Positions 23,425 to 36,670 of a DNA stretch of 64,000 nucleotides are shown here, piece by piece (position 1 is the stretch's first letter; the number at the start of each line of letters is the position of its first letter). Location of the stretch: assembly GCF_009914755.1 (NCBI RefSeq), contig NC_060930.1. One strand, given 5' to 3'. The position numbers and the translations under genes are program-made. Source of the DNA: the human T2T-CHM13v2.0 reference genome, Homo sapiens. The notes under the pieces are model-generated. The model made no database searches. It was not told where the DNA came from and saw only the letters and a program-made list of their open reading frames with translations.

Positions 23425-26099
23425 GTCCTTGGAAAGGCTCCCCACCTGGCCAGCACCCTCTCGGGGGTCCAGGGATCTCCAGCCTGTGGGCAGTCGGCCA
23501 AGCCCCTTGGGAAAATGAGCCCCTGGGCAGGAGGTGAGGAGGCACAGAGGTTGGTCCCCCTCAGAACGTCGGCCACCATGACTGAGGCACTGACCGGGGA
23601 GGGCACTTGGCCTCGGGCTGTTGTCCAGCCCCCTGCGCTTGTTCCTGCAGCAGAGGCTGCAGTCACTCCCCTTCTGACTCGCCCTTCCCTTTCCTCCATG
23701 CCGCCCTGCGCACGGCCCCTCCGAAGGTCGGGCCAGACCTTCCCCTGTGAGGTCTCCAGGGTTCCGCTCTGGGGAGGGCTGTGTTCTAAGGACCACTGTC
23801 CTTGCCCTGCCAGCACCTCTGCAGTTGTGAGAGGCCCCTTCCTTCTCTGCAGCTCAATGAGCATGGGGACCTCAGCCCAGCCTTCTTTCTCCCTCCGGAG
23901 GCCACACATCTCTTGAGCCAGTCGTGGCCTCTTCCACAGCCAACTTGTCCCTGTGGCCCAGTCTGGCCTGGAGCCAGCAGTAAATGTGACCCCAGCTTGG
24001 GAACAGAGTGCGGGCCCTGGAGCTTTGGGGATTGTGAGGGAACAAGGCGGCCAGGCCAGGTTCTCCCAGCGGTTAAAAGGCCCACCCCTTCCCGGGTCTC
24101 AATTCTGGGCTGATTTCCCCAGGACAGCATTCTTGTGTCAACTCGCTGTTACCCCAGCTGACGGCCTCACATCTGCTGAGGCAATGCCACCTCTCCAGAG
24201 TGAAAAGCTCCTAAGACAGAGCCATTCTCCCCGAGTTGATTATTCCCTTGAATTGTTATAAATCTCCCCTTGCTATTTCTCTCTGAACATCATTTATGAG
24301 CACCTTGCGTCTCCGTCGATGAGAAAGTGCATTAACCCTGCAGGCTGTGTCTGGGAAGGCTCTGCCCTAATCCGTTCAGAACCAAGGCCTCGGCACCTAC
24401 AGCTTCGTTTCTGGTCCTTTTTCAGACCATTCCCAGTGCCTTCCTCTCCCTCCCAGCCCTGGGCCCTCCCAGCCGCCCTCCGCGCAGGCAGCCTGGAGCC
24501 ACCTCCAGGAGGGCTGGCCGCCACTGTAATTACAGGCGCCTCTCCGCGCCCTGGGGCTCGGCTCTGCAAATTAAACTGTTTTCTGCTTTTTATCTCCATC
24601 TTCGCAGCTCTCCTTCTGACTAATAAGTCCAGCAACTGGTGATGCTCTTCCAATGCTTTTACTAGGAAGCCTGAGCTTTAATTTTCTGACAATCACAAAG
24701 GCCCCTGGAACAGCAGCCTGTGCACGCTCAGCCGCTCCTGAGGTCAGCTGCGAGCACGTTGATGGGGAAGGCTCTGAACGTGTTTCTTCTCAGAGCCTCT
24801 AAATCACATCTTCCCTTCATTGTAGACGCGGACGGACGGCACAGTAATGGGGTCTGTGGGAGGCTGTGCTCACACCCGCAGCTGCAGGATAGTCGCCTCC
24901 TTCAGCAGGGCTGGGGGAGCTCAGTCCTCCCTTTCTCCCAGGGAACCTGGGGTAGAGCCCTCGGCACATTCATAAAACGATGAACAATTACCACGCCTGA
25001 AGACCTCTATCATCAACCAGGGGAAACGACTGTTTTTCTGTAGCCTGTGAATTCAGCTTTTATGACTAAATGACTACTTAAACCTCAGAACTCTAAGCAT
25101 TACCATTTGCTTCCTAAAAATAGCTGTCTCCTCTGGTCCATATTTAGAACAGAAAATACACTGGGAGGAGGGGGCCCGTCACAGCCCCTGCTGCCCCACC
25201 TGGCAGGGCCTCCTTAACCCTTCCCCACTCTGAACCAGCCCTATAGGCTTAGAGAAGGGAGGACGGGTGTGTTTTTCCCCAAGAGACAAAAGTTAACCTG
25301 AAACACAAAGGTCATTCTCAGATGAGCCAGCTCCTTCCAGACAGAAAGAGCACTGGGACCACGCACAACACTTCCAGGAAGTCTCGGGCCTTTCTAGGCC
25401 TCGGTTTCCCCACATGCAAAACAGCTCTGGCATCTGCGCTCTGCGTGTTTCCCCGTCCTGGGGGAGCGTGACCTCTGCAGCCCTGCCAGGAGGGCTAAGG
25501 TGCGGATTCCGCATGTCGGGGAGTGGTCAGCAGCCTGGTGTGGGAGTCACCCTGTCCCTTGCAGGAAGAGCACGCCAGACGGAAGTGAGGCAACGCGGCT
25601 AACCTGAGGGAGAGGAGGCTTTCCTGCATGTGAAGTTACCCTGCCGGAGTTCTGGAAGAAAAGAACACACATCCCCCAATGGCGGTGTGTCCTCCTCCTC
25701 CCTGCGGGACCCTGATTCCCGTGTCACCCTTGCTCAGGAAACAAAGGAGCCGACACCTGGAACTGACTCCAGGCAGAGGCCTGCACCTTCCTGGAAATAC
25801 AGAGAGTGAGGGGCACTGGCCAGCAGAGCTCCCAGGGGAGGGCAGGGCTGCAGGGAGAGCCACCAAGAGAGTGGCGGGCGGGAAGAGCAGGGCAGGGAGA
25901 AGATGTGATTCCTGCAGCTGCAAACAGCAGCTCCCGTGGGCGGGCACAGAGATACAGGCCCTCTCCACAGTCACCCTCAGGACTAACCCTGAGAACCAGG
26001 GAGCCTCCTTGCCTCTATCAGAGCAGGGAAAACAGGGCCCTGCCACAGGGACAGCTTCCGTGCATGAGGCTGCCTGTCCTGGTCCAAAAGTAGAACATC

Positions 26100-26845
26100 T
26101 GACCCAGCAGTCAGGACATGCTCACTGTGAGGGCACACACCCAGGGAGGACATCACTCACAGAGCCACCAGTGACCCCAGCAGAGTCAGGACATGCTCCC
26201 CATGAGCACACACACCCAGGGAGGACATCACTCACAGAGTCACAGGTGACCCCAGCAGAGTCAGGACATGCTCACCGTGAGGGTGCACACCCAGCAAGGA
26301 CATCACTCACAGAGCCACTGGTGACCCCAGCAGAGTCAGGACATGCTCACCGTGAGGGCACACACCCGGCGAGGACATCACTCACAGAGCCTTCGGCGAC
26401 CCCAGCAGAGTCAGGACATGCTCACAATAAGCACACACACCCGGTGAGGACATCATCCACAGAGCCACCGGTGACCCCGGCAGAGTCAGGACATGCTCCC
26501 CATGAGCACACACACCTGGCGAGGACATCACTCACAGAGTCACGGGTGACCCCAGCAAAGTCAGGACATGCTCCCCATGAGCACACACACCCGGCGAGGA
26601 CATCACTCACAGAGCCACCGGTGACCCCGGCAGAGTCAGGACATGCTCACCGTGAGGGTGCACACCCAGCGACGGCATCACTCACAGAGCCATCGGTGAC
26701 CCCGGCAGAGTCAGGACATGCTCACAATGAGCACACACACCCAGCGAGGGCATCACCCACAGAGCCATCGGTGACCCCAGCAGAGTCAGGACATGCTCAC
26801 CGTGAACACGCACACCCGGCGAGGGCATCGCCTGCAGAGCCAGCA
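26100..26845. repeat. VNTR, 75 bp unit, about 10 copies
   Basis: 'tcaggacatgctc' at 26111, 26186, 26261 and onward every 75 bp. Confidence 0.97.
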
Positions 26846-28862
26846 GTGGGGATAATCCTGCTCCTTGACCCAGCTTGGAACTTCAGATAGCTTCAGTCAA
26901 GGACCGTGGGAGTGTGAGGTTTTACCCAACGTGCAAGCTGAGTAGACAGCCTGCCGTGGCTTCATCGTTATGGGAAGAAGACTAGACCCCTGGGTTGGAG
27001 ACGTCCTGAGACCAGCTCCCAGCCCGGGTCCCACCAGCAACGCACAGGGGCCCGGCAGACACCTGCAAAGGGCGCCAGCCCTCAAGGAGCCGCATTCCTC
27101 CTGCCGCCCCGGCACAGCCGTCCTTTGCTCCTGAGGAAGCTGCCACCTTCCAAGCCGTTCGCCGCACAACGTCCTTGAAAAGAAAGGCAGTCGGTGTGTC
27201 TGCCAGCATTATGATGTTCCCCGTCTCTGTTTCCCACGTTGTGGGGAAACGGGAAGTAACCCAGAAGCCCCACAGTCGGGAGTTGGTGAAGTCACTGAAT
27301 GATGCCCGCACAATGGCCGTACACACACAGGGCCATTTAAAATACGGTGCAGAAGCATTTTCAATAACCCGGGAAGGCAAGAAGACTATGTTGCAAAGTG
27401 AAAACAGGAGACAAGTTTATACGACAGATTTCCATTCCAGACCAGGGAGATCACACAAACATAGAACACAAAATAAAATGGCGACGAAGTTATTGGAGCA
27501 GTGGGTTTCTGCGTGGCTTCTGTTTTGCTTCTGCATTTTATACACTAGCAAAGTATAATAAAATGCATTGTTTTAGCAAAAATGAGTAAATACATTAATA
27601 TCTTTAAAGACAGGCCTGTTGGTTCTCGCACAGGGCAAAGCAGTCGCCGTGGACACGGGGTCAGGCCTGACCTCACTGAGCCCAGGCACCACACTGCCCT
27701 TGGCTGGCTGGTCGGCAGAGTTCACGGTCAACCCTGGATGAAGTCGTTTGACAAAGAGGTGATTACAGTCAGCCAGAAAAGCCTGTGTTTTCCACCTTTT
27801 CCTGTGGTCTCTGAGCTACTCATCTTTAAGGTGGTTTCTACCTCCAAAGAACAGGTCACTCCTGGCGCAGAGCTCCACACGGAGAGGAAGCTGCGTCTGC
27901 TTCTCTTCAGAGCAAATGAGCTGCCCACGCTCCTACTTAATGGGACAAAAACACCCAAGATCTGATTGACGTCCCTCCTGTTCCCAATTGCATCCTAATT
28001 GCCAATGAGACTTTTAGCTAATCACAGAATGGTAGGCCCAGGGTTTAGAGGAAATGGCCATGAAGGGAAAAATGAAGAGTTTTGCTGAGAAGCACTAGGA
28101 ATATTCAAAAGTGTCAAAACACCCTCCAGAACGTGAGGAGAGAGAAGCTCCAACAAGGTGACACACAGCTGCCCTATCAACTCTACGGAAGGTTGGATAG
28201 CATAGAGGAAGGAAAGAAGAAGGAGGGAGAGAGGGAGAAAAGAGGTTTGCAGGTCCCTCTGCCCCTTCAAACCGAACCCTCCACCTCCCTCTGTTGTAAG
28301 TTGCTCTAAAACAGTTTCCCTTCCCCACTCAGATGCAGCCCGTCCTCATCCCCGCTGCCCCTGGGATGGCTTCACCTGCCCCAGTGGGCTGCGATCTGCT
28401 GGAAGGGTCTCCCACCCCTCCCACTCCACTCTGCAGAACTCAGGCCGCGTGAACCTAGCCAGGCCCCCACCTGCTGGAACCTGACTTTGAGAACCCCCGC
28501 CCACCCCAGCCCAGATCAATATCCTACAAATTAGATAGCACTTGTTCCTCATCTTCTCAAAGCCTCCAGGGCCTCCCTATGCCCTGCCCCTACCCGTGTC
28601 TTCAATATGTCGCCCGTTCTAGGAACATGGGCCCTTGCTGCCCCTGCTGTCTGAAGCCCCCAGCCTTTCTCCTGCCTTGAGCTCCCAACTCCTCCTTGCC
28701 CTCAGCTGCTGGCATTGAATTTAGCTCCTCAGTATACATTGTCTTTTCTTAAGTAACGATTATTGTTATTCCACGTCTAGATTGTGAATTCTCTGAAGGA
28801 AAAGACATATATATAGGAAATCCCCTAAAATGTATCAAATGATTGGAACAGGGAATGGAGGG

Positions 28863-29223
28863 TGATATGGTTTGGCTCTGTCCCCACTCAAATCTCATCT
28901 CGAATTGTAACCCCCACAATCCCCACGTGTGGAGGGCGGGACCTGGTGGATCATGGGGGCAGTTTCCCCTGGGGTGTTCTCGTGATAGTGAGGGAGTTCT
29001 CACGAGATCTGACGGTTTTATAAGGGGCTCCTCCCACTTTGCTCCTCACTCTGCTCTCTCCTTTCACCTTGTGAAGAAGGTGCTGCTTCCCCTTCCGCCA
29101 TGATTGTAAGTTTCCTGAAGCCTCCCCAGCCATGCGGAACTGTGAGTCAATTAAGCCTCTTTCCTTTATAAACTACCCAGTCTCGGGCGGTTTTTTATAG
29201 CAGTGTAAGAACAGACTAATACA
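28863..29223 (+). mobile_element. THE1 (THE1C/D-like) solo LTR
   Basis: Starts TGATATGGTTTGGCT, contains 'ccatgattgtaagtttcctga.gcctccccagccatg' and ends 'gactaataCA'. Flanked by GGAGGG on both sides. Confidence 0.93.
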
Positions 29224-30574
29224 GGAGGGCAGGTGGAGTTTACCTCAAAAACAGTAAAGCAGCACAAAATATGGCCTTGCACTTAAGAAAATTAACATAG
29301 GTTTGTCAGTCAAAAAGAAGTCACATTTACATTGTGCGCAAGACAAATGTTGTCCCTAACTGCTGAGAGAATGCCGCTGATAGGTGGAAAAATCCCAGCG
29401 TGAAGGAGGTTGAAAGGAAGGAAAGGGGTAGTTGTGGGGAGGAAGTGAGGACCTGGGCAGCAAGTCCACCCCCTGCACTCCCTCAGACTTGGTCAGCCTT
29501 GACCCCGTGGTTCACAGGGTCCTGTCCTTGGACTCTGCCTCCGGCTCAGCCAACAACACTGTGAGTAGGAAAATCCACATCTTCTGGCCCATCCCCTTGT
29601 GCTGTGGTGGGAGCGGGGCTGGGCAGAGGTGAGAGTAGCAAGGCCGTAGATGCCCCATGTCCCTGACAAGAAGCCTGAGGCCCAGGAGGAGCCCGATCCT
29701 GGGACACTGGCCGGGAGGCCATGGGAAGCCGAGCACAGAGCTCGTAAGAGTGGAAGCAGGGCCACCTCAGGTGGTCACGGGGCCCCGATGAGTGTGCACC
29801 ATGGCTGCTCCAGGGACCCGCCCTCCAACTTCCAGAAAAATCACTGCTGATCACAGAGGAAAAATCCCTCAAAATTAAAGCTTCCAACCCTGCCACTGCT
29901 GCAAGGGAGCTGTGGGTGTCACATGAGTAGGGCAGGACAGCCCAGGGCAGAGAGCAGTGTCCACAGGGACCGGGGGTGGCGGTGATGTCCCTGGGGACTG
30001 AGGACTGGGGTGGGTGGCATGGTGCATCTGGAGTCGGCCATGGCATTCTGTGGATTTCAGCTGCTCCAGAGTCCTGGGAACGGTGGTGTTTGGGTAAAGC
30101 AGCTTCTCTCGTGAGCCCTGAACTGCACCTACAGCATCACTGCAGCATTTAAACCCCCGCTGACCACATGGATCAAACATTATTATTCCTTTTCATCCAA
30201 TTTCTTATAAAGAATTGACAGAGGGAGAACTCGTCCTTACCCCTCCACTAGCGAGCAAAGGACCCTGGTTTGAATTTGCATGTGATGGCTGCACCCCACC
30301 CCCCGCCTTTGGCCTGCTGCAGGATTCTCTTGAATTCAGCCGCTCCCTGTGCTGGATCTGATGGCCCCATCTGCCATTTCCGTGTCTTCCTCTCTGTCTG
30401 CCTGGTGTCCTCCTCTGATGACTCTGGCTGTGCTGAGCCTCCTCTGGGGTGACCGCAGCAGGAGGAGGGGACTCCAACATGGGCTGGTTCTGCCATTTGT
30501 CAGCAGTTGCAGAAATTGGGTTGAGGTGAGAGGGAGGAGACGTTCAAGTAACATAAGCTTTTTGCATTTTTAAA

Positions 30575-30975
30575 ACATCAAAAGGGAACAGTGCCAAATG
30601 TTGGCACTGATGTGGGGCAATGAGAACTCTCCTAATCCTTGGAGGAGCTGTGAAAGGCTACACATGGGTTGAAAAGAGTTTGCCGGTTTCTTACAAAAAT
30701 AAATACACACTTATCCTAGGACCTGGCAATTCCAATCCTGGGTATTTACCCAAGAGAAATGAAAATATATGTCCAAGTCTAAAAGATGTGTAGAAGAATG
30801 TTCATAGCAGCTTTATTCCTAACAGCCCAAACCTGGGGACGGCATATGGCCAACTCCAGAGGAGGGTAAACTGTGGGACCTGGCTCACCAATGAGGAGCC
30901 CAGACTGCTTCAGACGCTGGGTGCTCCCCACTCAGGACTGCACACCCTACGTTTCCGTTTATGAGATGTCCTAGT
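30575..30975 (+). mobile_element. L1M (MC/ME-type) 3' fragment
   Basis: 'gcaattccaatcctgggtatttacccaagagaaatgaaaatatatgtcca', 'gaatgttcatagcagctttatt'. Confidence 0.8.
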
Positions 30976-31743
30976 GCAAGCACGAACTAATCAGTGGTGG
31001 AAAAGCTTCTGGGGATTGAGCAAAGCCTGGCGGGGAGAGGACCGGAGGGCTCTTCCAGGCTGGCCTGCCCAGGCCCCTCATCCGATCTCCCAGCCCCGGG
31101 GGCAGCCACGGAACCCATGTGGAGAGGAAGCCCTGTGCAGGCAGCAACCGGGGACCCACGTCTGGCCTCTGCCCACATTCCCCAGATGTGTGGGGGTCCT
31201 GGGCTGAGGCTTTTGAGGGCGTTTTGTTGTGACATTCTTCCTGCTGCCCCGGGGCCAGGGCCACATCTCTGTAAAATCTACGCTGAGCCCACTGCATCTG
31301 CGCGGCTCTGAATTGGGGTTCCTGTTCAGTTACCACGGACCCAGGGATGACTGAAGCTGAGCTCCTTCCTGAGGAAGACCCATATGGGCTCCGTCTCGCA
31401 GCAGGCCTCGCTCCTCCACCTCCATCAGGCCCAGCCAGGAAGTTGCTTCTACTGACAAAACATGAGCAGCAGGGATGCCCTAGGCCAGCTCCGCAGAAGC
31501 ACAGCAGTGTCGTCAGTAAAAGAAATCGCGGTCACTAGACGGGGCCCCTCGCCAAGCCTGTGCAGACCCCTGACCATCCTTACAGGAAACGTGGTCACCA
31601 CCGAGGAAGAACTCACTGCTGTCAGGAAGTGCGTGTCCCTCCAGGTAGGCGTTCTGAGACCGTGGGGGTACAGAGACCAGCCAACGGCAAAAAGCAAAAC
31701 AAAATCAATTTGCCAGGATTTATATTTTCTGCTTTACTTTATC

Positions 31744-32387
31744 TTCTTTCTTTTTTTAGAGACAGGTTCTCACTCTGCCACCTGGACTGGAGTGCAGAGG
31801 CACCATCACAGTTCCCTTCATTCTTGAACGTGTTGGCTCAAGGGATCCTCCCACCTTGGCCTCCCAAGTAGCTGGGACTCCAGGCACTTCCCACCATGCC
31901 TAGCTGAACTTTTTTTTCTTTTTCTTTTTCTTTTTTTTTTTTTTTGAGACAGAGTCTTGCTCTGTTGCCCAGGCTGGAGTGCAGTGGTGCAATCTCGGCT
32001 CACTGCAACCTCCATCTCCTGGATTTGAGCTATTCTCCTGCCTCAGCCTCCTGAGTAGCTGGGATTACAGGGACAGCCACCACACCCGGCTAATTTTTGT
32101 ATTTTTAGTAAAGACAGGGTTTTGCCATGTTAGCCAGGATGGTCTTGAACTCCTGATCTCAGGTGATCCGCCCGCCTCCACCTCGGCCTCCCAAAGTGCT
32201 GGGATTACAGGTGTGGACCACCACGCCTGGCCTGCGCCTAGCTGATATAATTTTTTTTTTTTTTTTTTTTTAGAGATGGGGTCTCACTATGTTGCCCAAG
32301 CTAGTCTCAAACTCCTGGCCTAAAGCAGTCCTCATGCCTCAGTCTCCTAAAGTGCTGGGATTACAGGCATGAGCCACCGCATGGGCA
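31744..32387 (-). mobile_element. AluJ split by a younger Alu inserted at its central linker
   Basis: Right arm 31744-31907 and left arm about 32250-32387, both with J-type features ('tcctcccaccttggcctccc', 'aagcagtcctc'). Confidence 0.88.
31908..32232 (-). mobile_element. AluS (Sx/Sz-like) nested in AluJ
   Basis: Full dimer with T-tail. TSD core gcctagctga at 31898-31907 and 32236-32245. Confidence 0.93.
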
Positions 32388-33119
32388 TAATTTATCTTCT
32401 ACAGGGACAAGAGAGAAAGGTCTCTAGGTGCCAAGTGTTCAGCTTCACACAGGGACTGACTCCCTAAGGGCTTTTTTAGGAAACCCACTAATTTTTTTTA
32501 CCCAACCTCTTCATCTTTCACCCTGGAAGCTAGAAAGCAGCCCCAGGGACTCTGCTACAATTTCTGTCTTGTTGCTTTGAAAATTGCCAGGTCCTTGCCA
32601 GATATTTGATCAGCATGTTTTGCTACCCATTTTTCTCTTGAATTAATCTTTTGTTGCCAATAAGTTCCATAAAAAATGTGATTTATTCTAAAGTCAGGAA
32701 ACAGGGTAAAAACTGGGTAAAGTCAGAATTATCCTTAAAAACTGCACAGATACTACCTTTTGGAGACCAATAGACCATCATGCAAAAATTTCAGCCAGTT
32801 CTTCTTTCAGTGCTAAAAGAGATTATGGATTCTTTGGTTAAACACCAGGTGAAGTAATTGACTTGCATTTAACAAATAATATTATATGAAATATATCGTT
32901 TAGAAAAATGTTGGACTTCACATGCGGAAGATTGTGTGAATCATACTCCACCTGGCGTTTTTACAGCATTTAGATATTTGCCTATTCATTTATTTCTTTT
33001 TACCCCCATCTCCCACTCCAATTTTCTCTTCTCCCCCACCATGAGCATGTTTCAGATGAACATGCCCTAATTTGAAGATGTTCTTACAAAACACACATTG
33101 TTGACTGTGTATTGTATTT

Positions 33120-34383
33120 TTAGTGTACACAAATTTTCTTGAGCTATGGATTCATTCTGGCTTTTACTTTTTGTCTAGGATTGCACTGAATTTACAGGTG
33201 GTCCTGATGAGAACTGACGTCTTTAAAATATCGTCATCACATCCAAGATCTCTCCACATAATGTCTTTCTGGATACTTAGAGCTTCTTTGTTGTTCTTTC
33301 ACAGATTTTTATCTTTTTCCCCACAGAGGAGTTGTTACATGAACTTCTCAGATACTTTTGATTTTCGTTGCTGTTGTGAATGCATCTTATTTTTATTGTA
33401 TTTTTTGGTTGGTGACTGGGCTAAGCCTCTAATGTTGTAAGTTTATGTTAATCTGGAACACTCGTCTCTTTCCTCATGGCATCAGAGAGGATATTAGTAC
33501 TATTTTAAACTATTTTGGTATTATTTTTGTATTCTTTCCCATCTTATGAAGAACATTTTCTTTATCAAGATAGAGTTTGCAGTATATTTAAAGTATACAA
33601 CTTTGCAAAGTTAAAGGCCTCTATATCTGGCTTTTAAAGAGTTTTTATTGTAAATAGGTATTGAACATCATAAATTGGTGTTGAATAATGTTGAACATTG
33701 GTAAATGCTTTTTCTGCATCTACCAAGGTAATCATATGATTTTTCTGTAAGTTTGTCAATATTGTATTGAAAAATTTTTCTGATGTTGAACTGTCCTTGC
33801 ATTCCTAAGATAAGCCCTACTTGATCATTATGCATTGCTGTTCGAATATAATGTTGGATTCCATTGAATAATATTTTATTTTAGTTTTTAAAAATCTACA
33901 TTCACCAGTAAAATGAACCTAAAATTTTCTTTCCATGTGTTACTTTTATCTGGTTTGGGAATAAAAATTATACTAGCTTTGTAAACTAAGCTGGGCATAT
34001 TTTCACTATTTTTCTAGTTTCTAGAACTACTATTTGAGTTAAAATTAACTGTGAGTCTTGAGTTTGAGAGAAAAAAGTTTAGATTCCCATTCTAATTTAT
34101 TTATTGTTTGTTAGCCTAATCAAGTTTCCTGTTGTTTGCACCAATTTGCCATTTTGTTGTTTTTCCAGAAATGCATCCATTTTGTCTACATTTCCAAATT
34201 GCTTAGGTTATAGTTGTTTATAACATTCTTTTACTAATTTTTCCTCTCTACCGTAGCTAAAATTATGTTGCCTTCTCATTTATATGTTTATATTTTTTAC
34301 ATTGTTTATTCACATTTTTTTCCTTCATGAGTCTTGCCAGAGGTCCTTAAAAAGAAACAGATTTGTTTCCGTTAGCCTTCTCT

Positions 34384-34420
<37 letters not shown>

Positions 34421-34650
34421 ATTGTGTGTTTTGCTTGCTTGCTTTCTGTGTTCTCTATTTCAGCAGTTTCTCTTTTACATTTAGCACTGCATTCCTTCTT
34501 GTTCTTTGGATTTTCTCTACTGATTTTTTCAAAGTTCTTGAATTAAATGTTTGGAGTATATTTTTCTGCCATTCCTATTTCTAGACAAATGTATTTAAAG
34601 CAAAATGTTTCTAAGTATAGTTTTAGCTGTATTCTACAACATATGTGTGT
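33120..34650 (-). mobile_element. Old L1M fragments (ORF2, antisense)
   Basis: 'aaatgctttttctgcatcta', 'ccttgcattcctaagataagccctacttgatcat', 'ccagaaatgcatccatttt'. Confidence 0.75.
34386..34419. repeat. (TG)17 microsatellite
   Basis: Perfect TG run. Confidence 0.97.
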
Positions 34651-34669
34651 GATCATGTACATAAACACC

Positions 34670-34815
34670 CCACACACAGACACACAGAAACACATGCACA
34701 GACACAGACACACACACACAGACACACACAGACACAGACACACAAACAAACACACAGACACAGACACACAAAGAAACAAACACACAGACACAGACACACA
34801 CAGAAACACACACAC
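34670..34815. repeat. Compound (CA)/(CAGACA)/(CAAA) microsatellite
   Basis: Direct inspection of the sequence. Confidence 0.92.
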
Positions 34816-36377
34816 GTCTCCCTCAGCGGGACGGCTTTGCTGCAGTGCTACTTGGTTTGGAGCACCTCACTAGTTTCACCTTCACGGAAACTTGCCTGTT
34901 TGCTATCTGTCCATTCATTAGCCTCTTCATGCTGACTATGACTATTCCACTTTTAATTCTCTAATGCCCCTTCTTCCCTCCTGAGGATATTTAGTGCTTT
35001 ATTTCAGTAATAATCTCCCCTGTCTCCTTAAGGACATTATGCCTTTTAGGCGTTGAGTCTGAGCCCTGCCTCAAGGTGTGTTGTATTTGCTGTGCTGGTC
35101 AGGTGTCCGAGTACTTTGCCTGTGGGCTCTTTTCCCTTGAAGGCATCAGCTCCTCTCTCAGGTACATTTGCAAGCCCTAGACCAAGACCCCAGCCCCGGG
35201 TTGGAGGAGAGGGGCAAGCACCAGGCAGACGCAGCAGGCAGGACGGGCTGCAGAGCCAGGCCGACCTCTACTGCCCGTCCCCCAGGACACCTCTTTGGTG
35301 AGGAATCGGCTCTTGAGTGGGTGTTCCTCTGGGTGCAGTTTCCACCTCAGGAGTTTGGATGAGGAAGGGGAAATATGAATTCCAGCCCCTAGTGCTGTCA
35401 TTCACGTCCAGCCAGCACCGTCAGCAGCTTCCACCTCTCCAGCCCTGGCCCCCACCTCCCACCCAAACTCACATGGCGGTCCTGCCGCTCCCTGGCTTCT
35501 CTAGGCGCTCATGCTCCTCACGTCCACACTTCCCTCTTCCATCTGTGGCTTTCCCATAGTTAGTTCTGGGAGAAGGAGTCAGCCGTCATGCCAGGTGCTA
35601 TGGTGTCTGCAAAAGCACCTAGATTTTAATACCAGAATCAAGCTCAATGCAGCAAGATCACCACCTTCTGAAAAACAACAACTTTCAAAAGCCTCCCATC
35701 TCCCATCTCACACTCACTCCCACGGTGGGACAGGGGAGGAGCCATCCACTCTGCCCTCCACACCAAGCCCATGGTATCTGAATTTACATATAATAAATGT
35801 AGGTGCACTGGGATATCTGAGTATATATTCAGAAACAATATATGAAACTAGGAGCTCTGTCTGCAGGTGACAGCCACAAACACGGACCCTGCGTAGGAAA
35901 TTCCTCAGTGCTCAGGATCAGCGAAAGGGCTGTGTGTGTTGGAGACTTGCCGGAAAGATGCAGGTTATATGGTGTGTTAATAAGAGCTGCTTTGCTTGAA
36001 GATTTCAGAAAGCCAACTTAAATCAGCTTCAGAAAGCAAGAATAAAAGAAGTGTGCTGGCCCCTGGCATTGGAAGAAGGGCCAGGAGGCTGCGAGGAAGG
36101 TGGACCTGTGGCTGGCACAGAGGCCACAGTACCTGTGAAGAGACAACGTCTGCAGCCACGAGACAGCTGCGGATGCGTGTGGAAGGTCGGCTGGGAGAGG
36201 CCAAGTTCTGAGCACCCCAGAGCATGAACACATTTGATCGTCACAACAATTCCGGGACATAACTTATTATTGATAAGGAAGCTGAGACATGAGGATGAGT
36301 CCCAAGTGCGCATGCCAAGAATAAAGCCAGGACTTTTGCAGAAGCCATCTGGCTCCAGACCCCTTGAGCCTGACCAG

Positions 36378-36670
36378 GACACTTCACCTCAAGTGGACCA
36401 GCCTTCCCTGCCTCACATACCTGCTTCTTCCGGCCACCTCCACGCTTCCAGACACTTCCCCTCAAGTGGACCTGCCCTCCCCGTCTCATGCACCTGCTTC
36501 TTCCGGCCACCTCCACACTTCCAGGACCCTTCCCCTCACGTGGACCCGCCCTCTCACCTCACACACCTGCTTCTTCCGGCCACCTCCGCACTTCCAGGAC
36601 CCTTCCCCTCACATGGACCCGCCCTCTCACCTCACACACCTGCTTCTTCCGGCCACCTCCACACTTCCCT
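36378..36670. repeat. Tandem repeat, 73 bp unit, about 4 copies
   Basis: 'ctgcttcttccggccacctcc' at 36421, 36494, 36567 and 36640. Confidence 0.95.

Noticed and set aside
27240-27490. ETS-like (CGGGAAGT) and YY1-like (AAAATGGCG) motifs as a promoter
   Set aside because: Short motifs without a CpG island or downstream exon structure, expected by chance.
29121-29133. THE1 PRDM9 hotspot motif position
   Set aside because: It reads CCTCCCCAGCCAT, not the hotspot-associated CCTCCCTAGCCAC.
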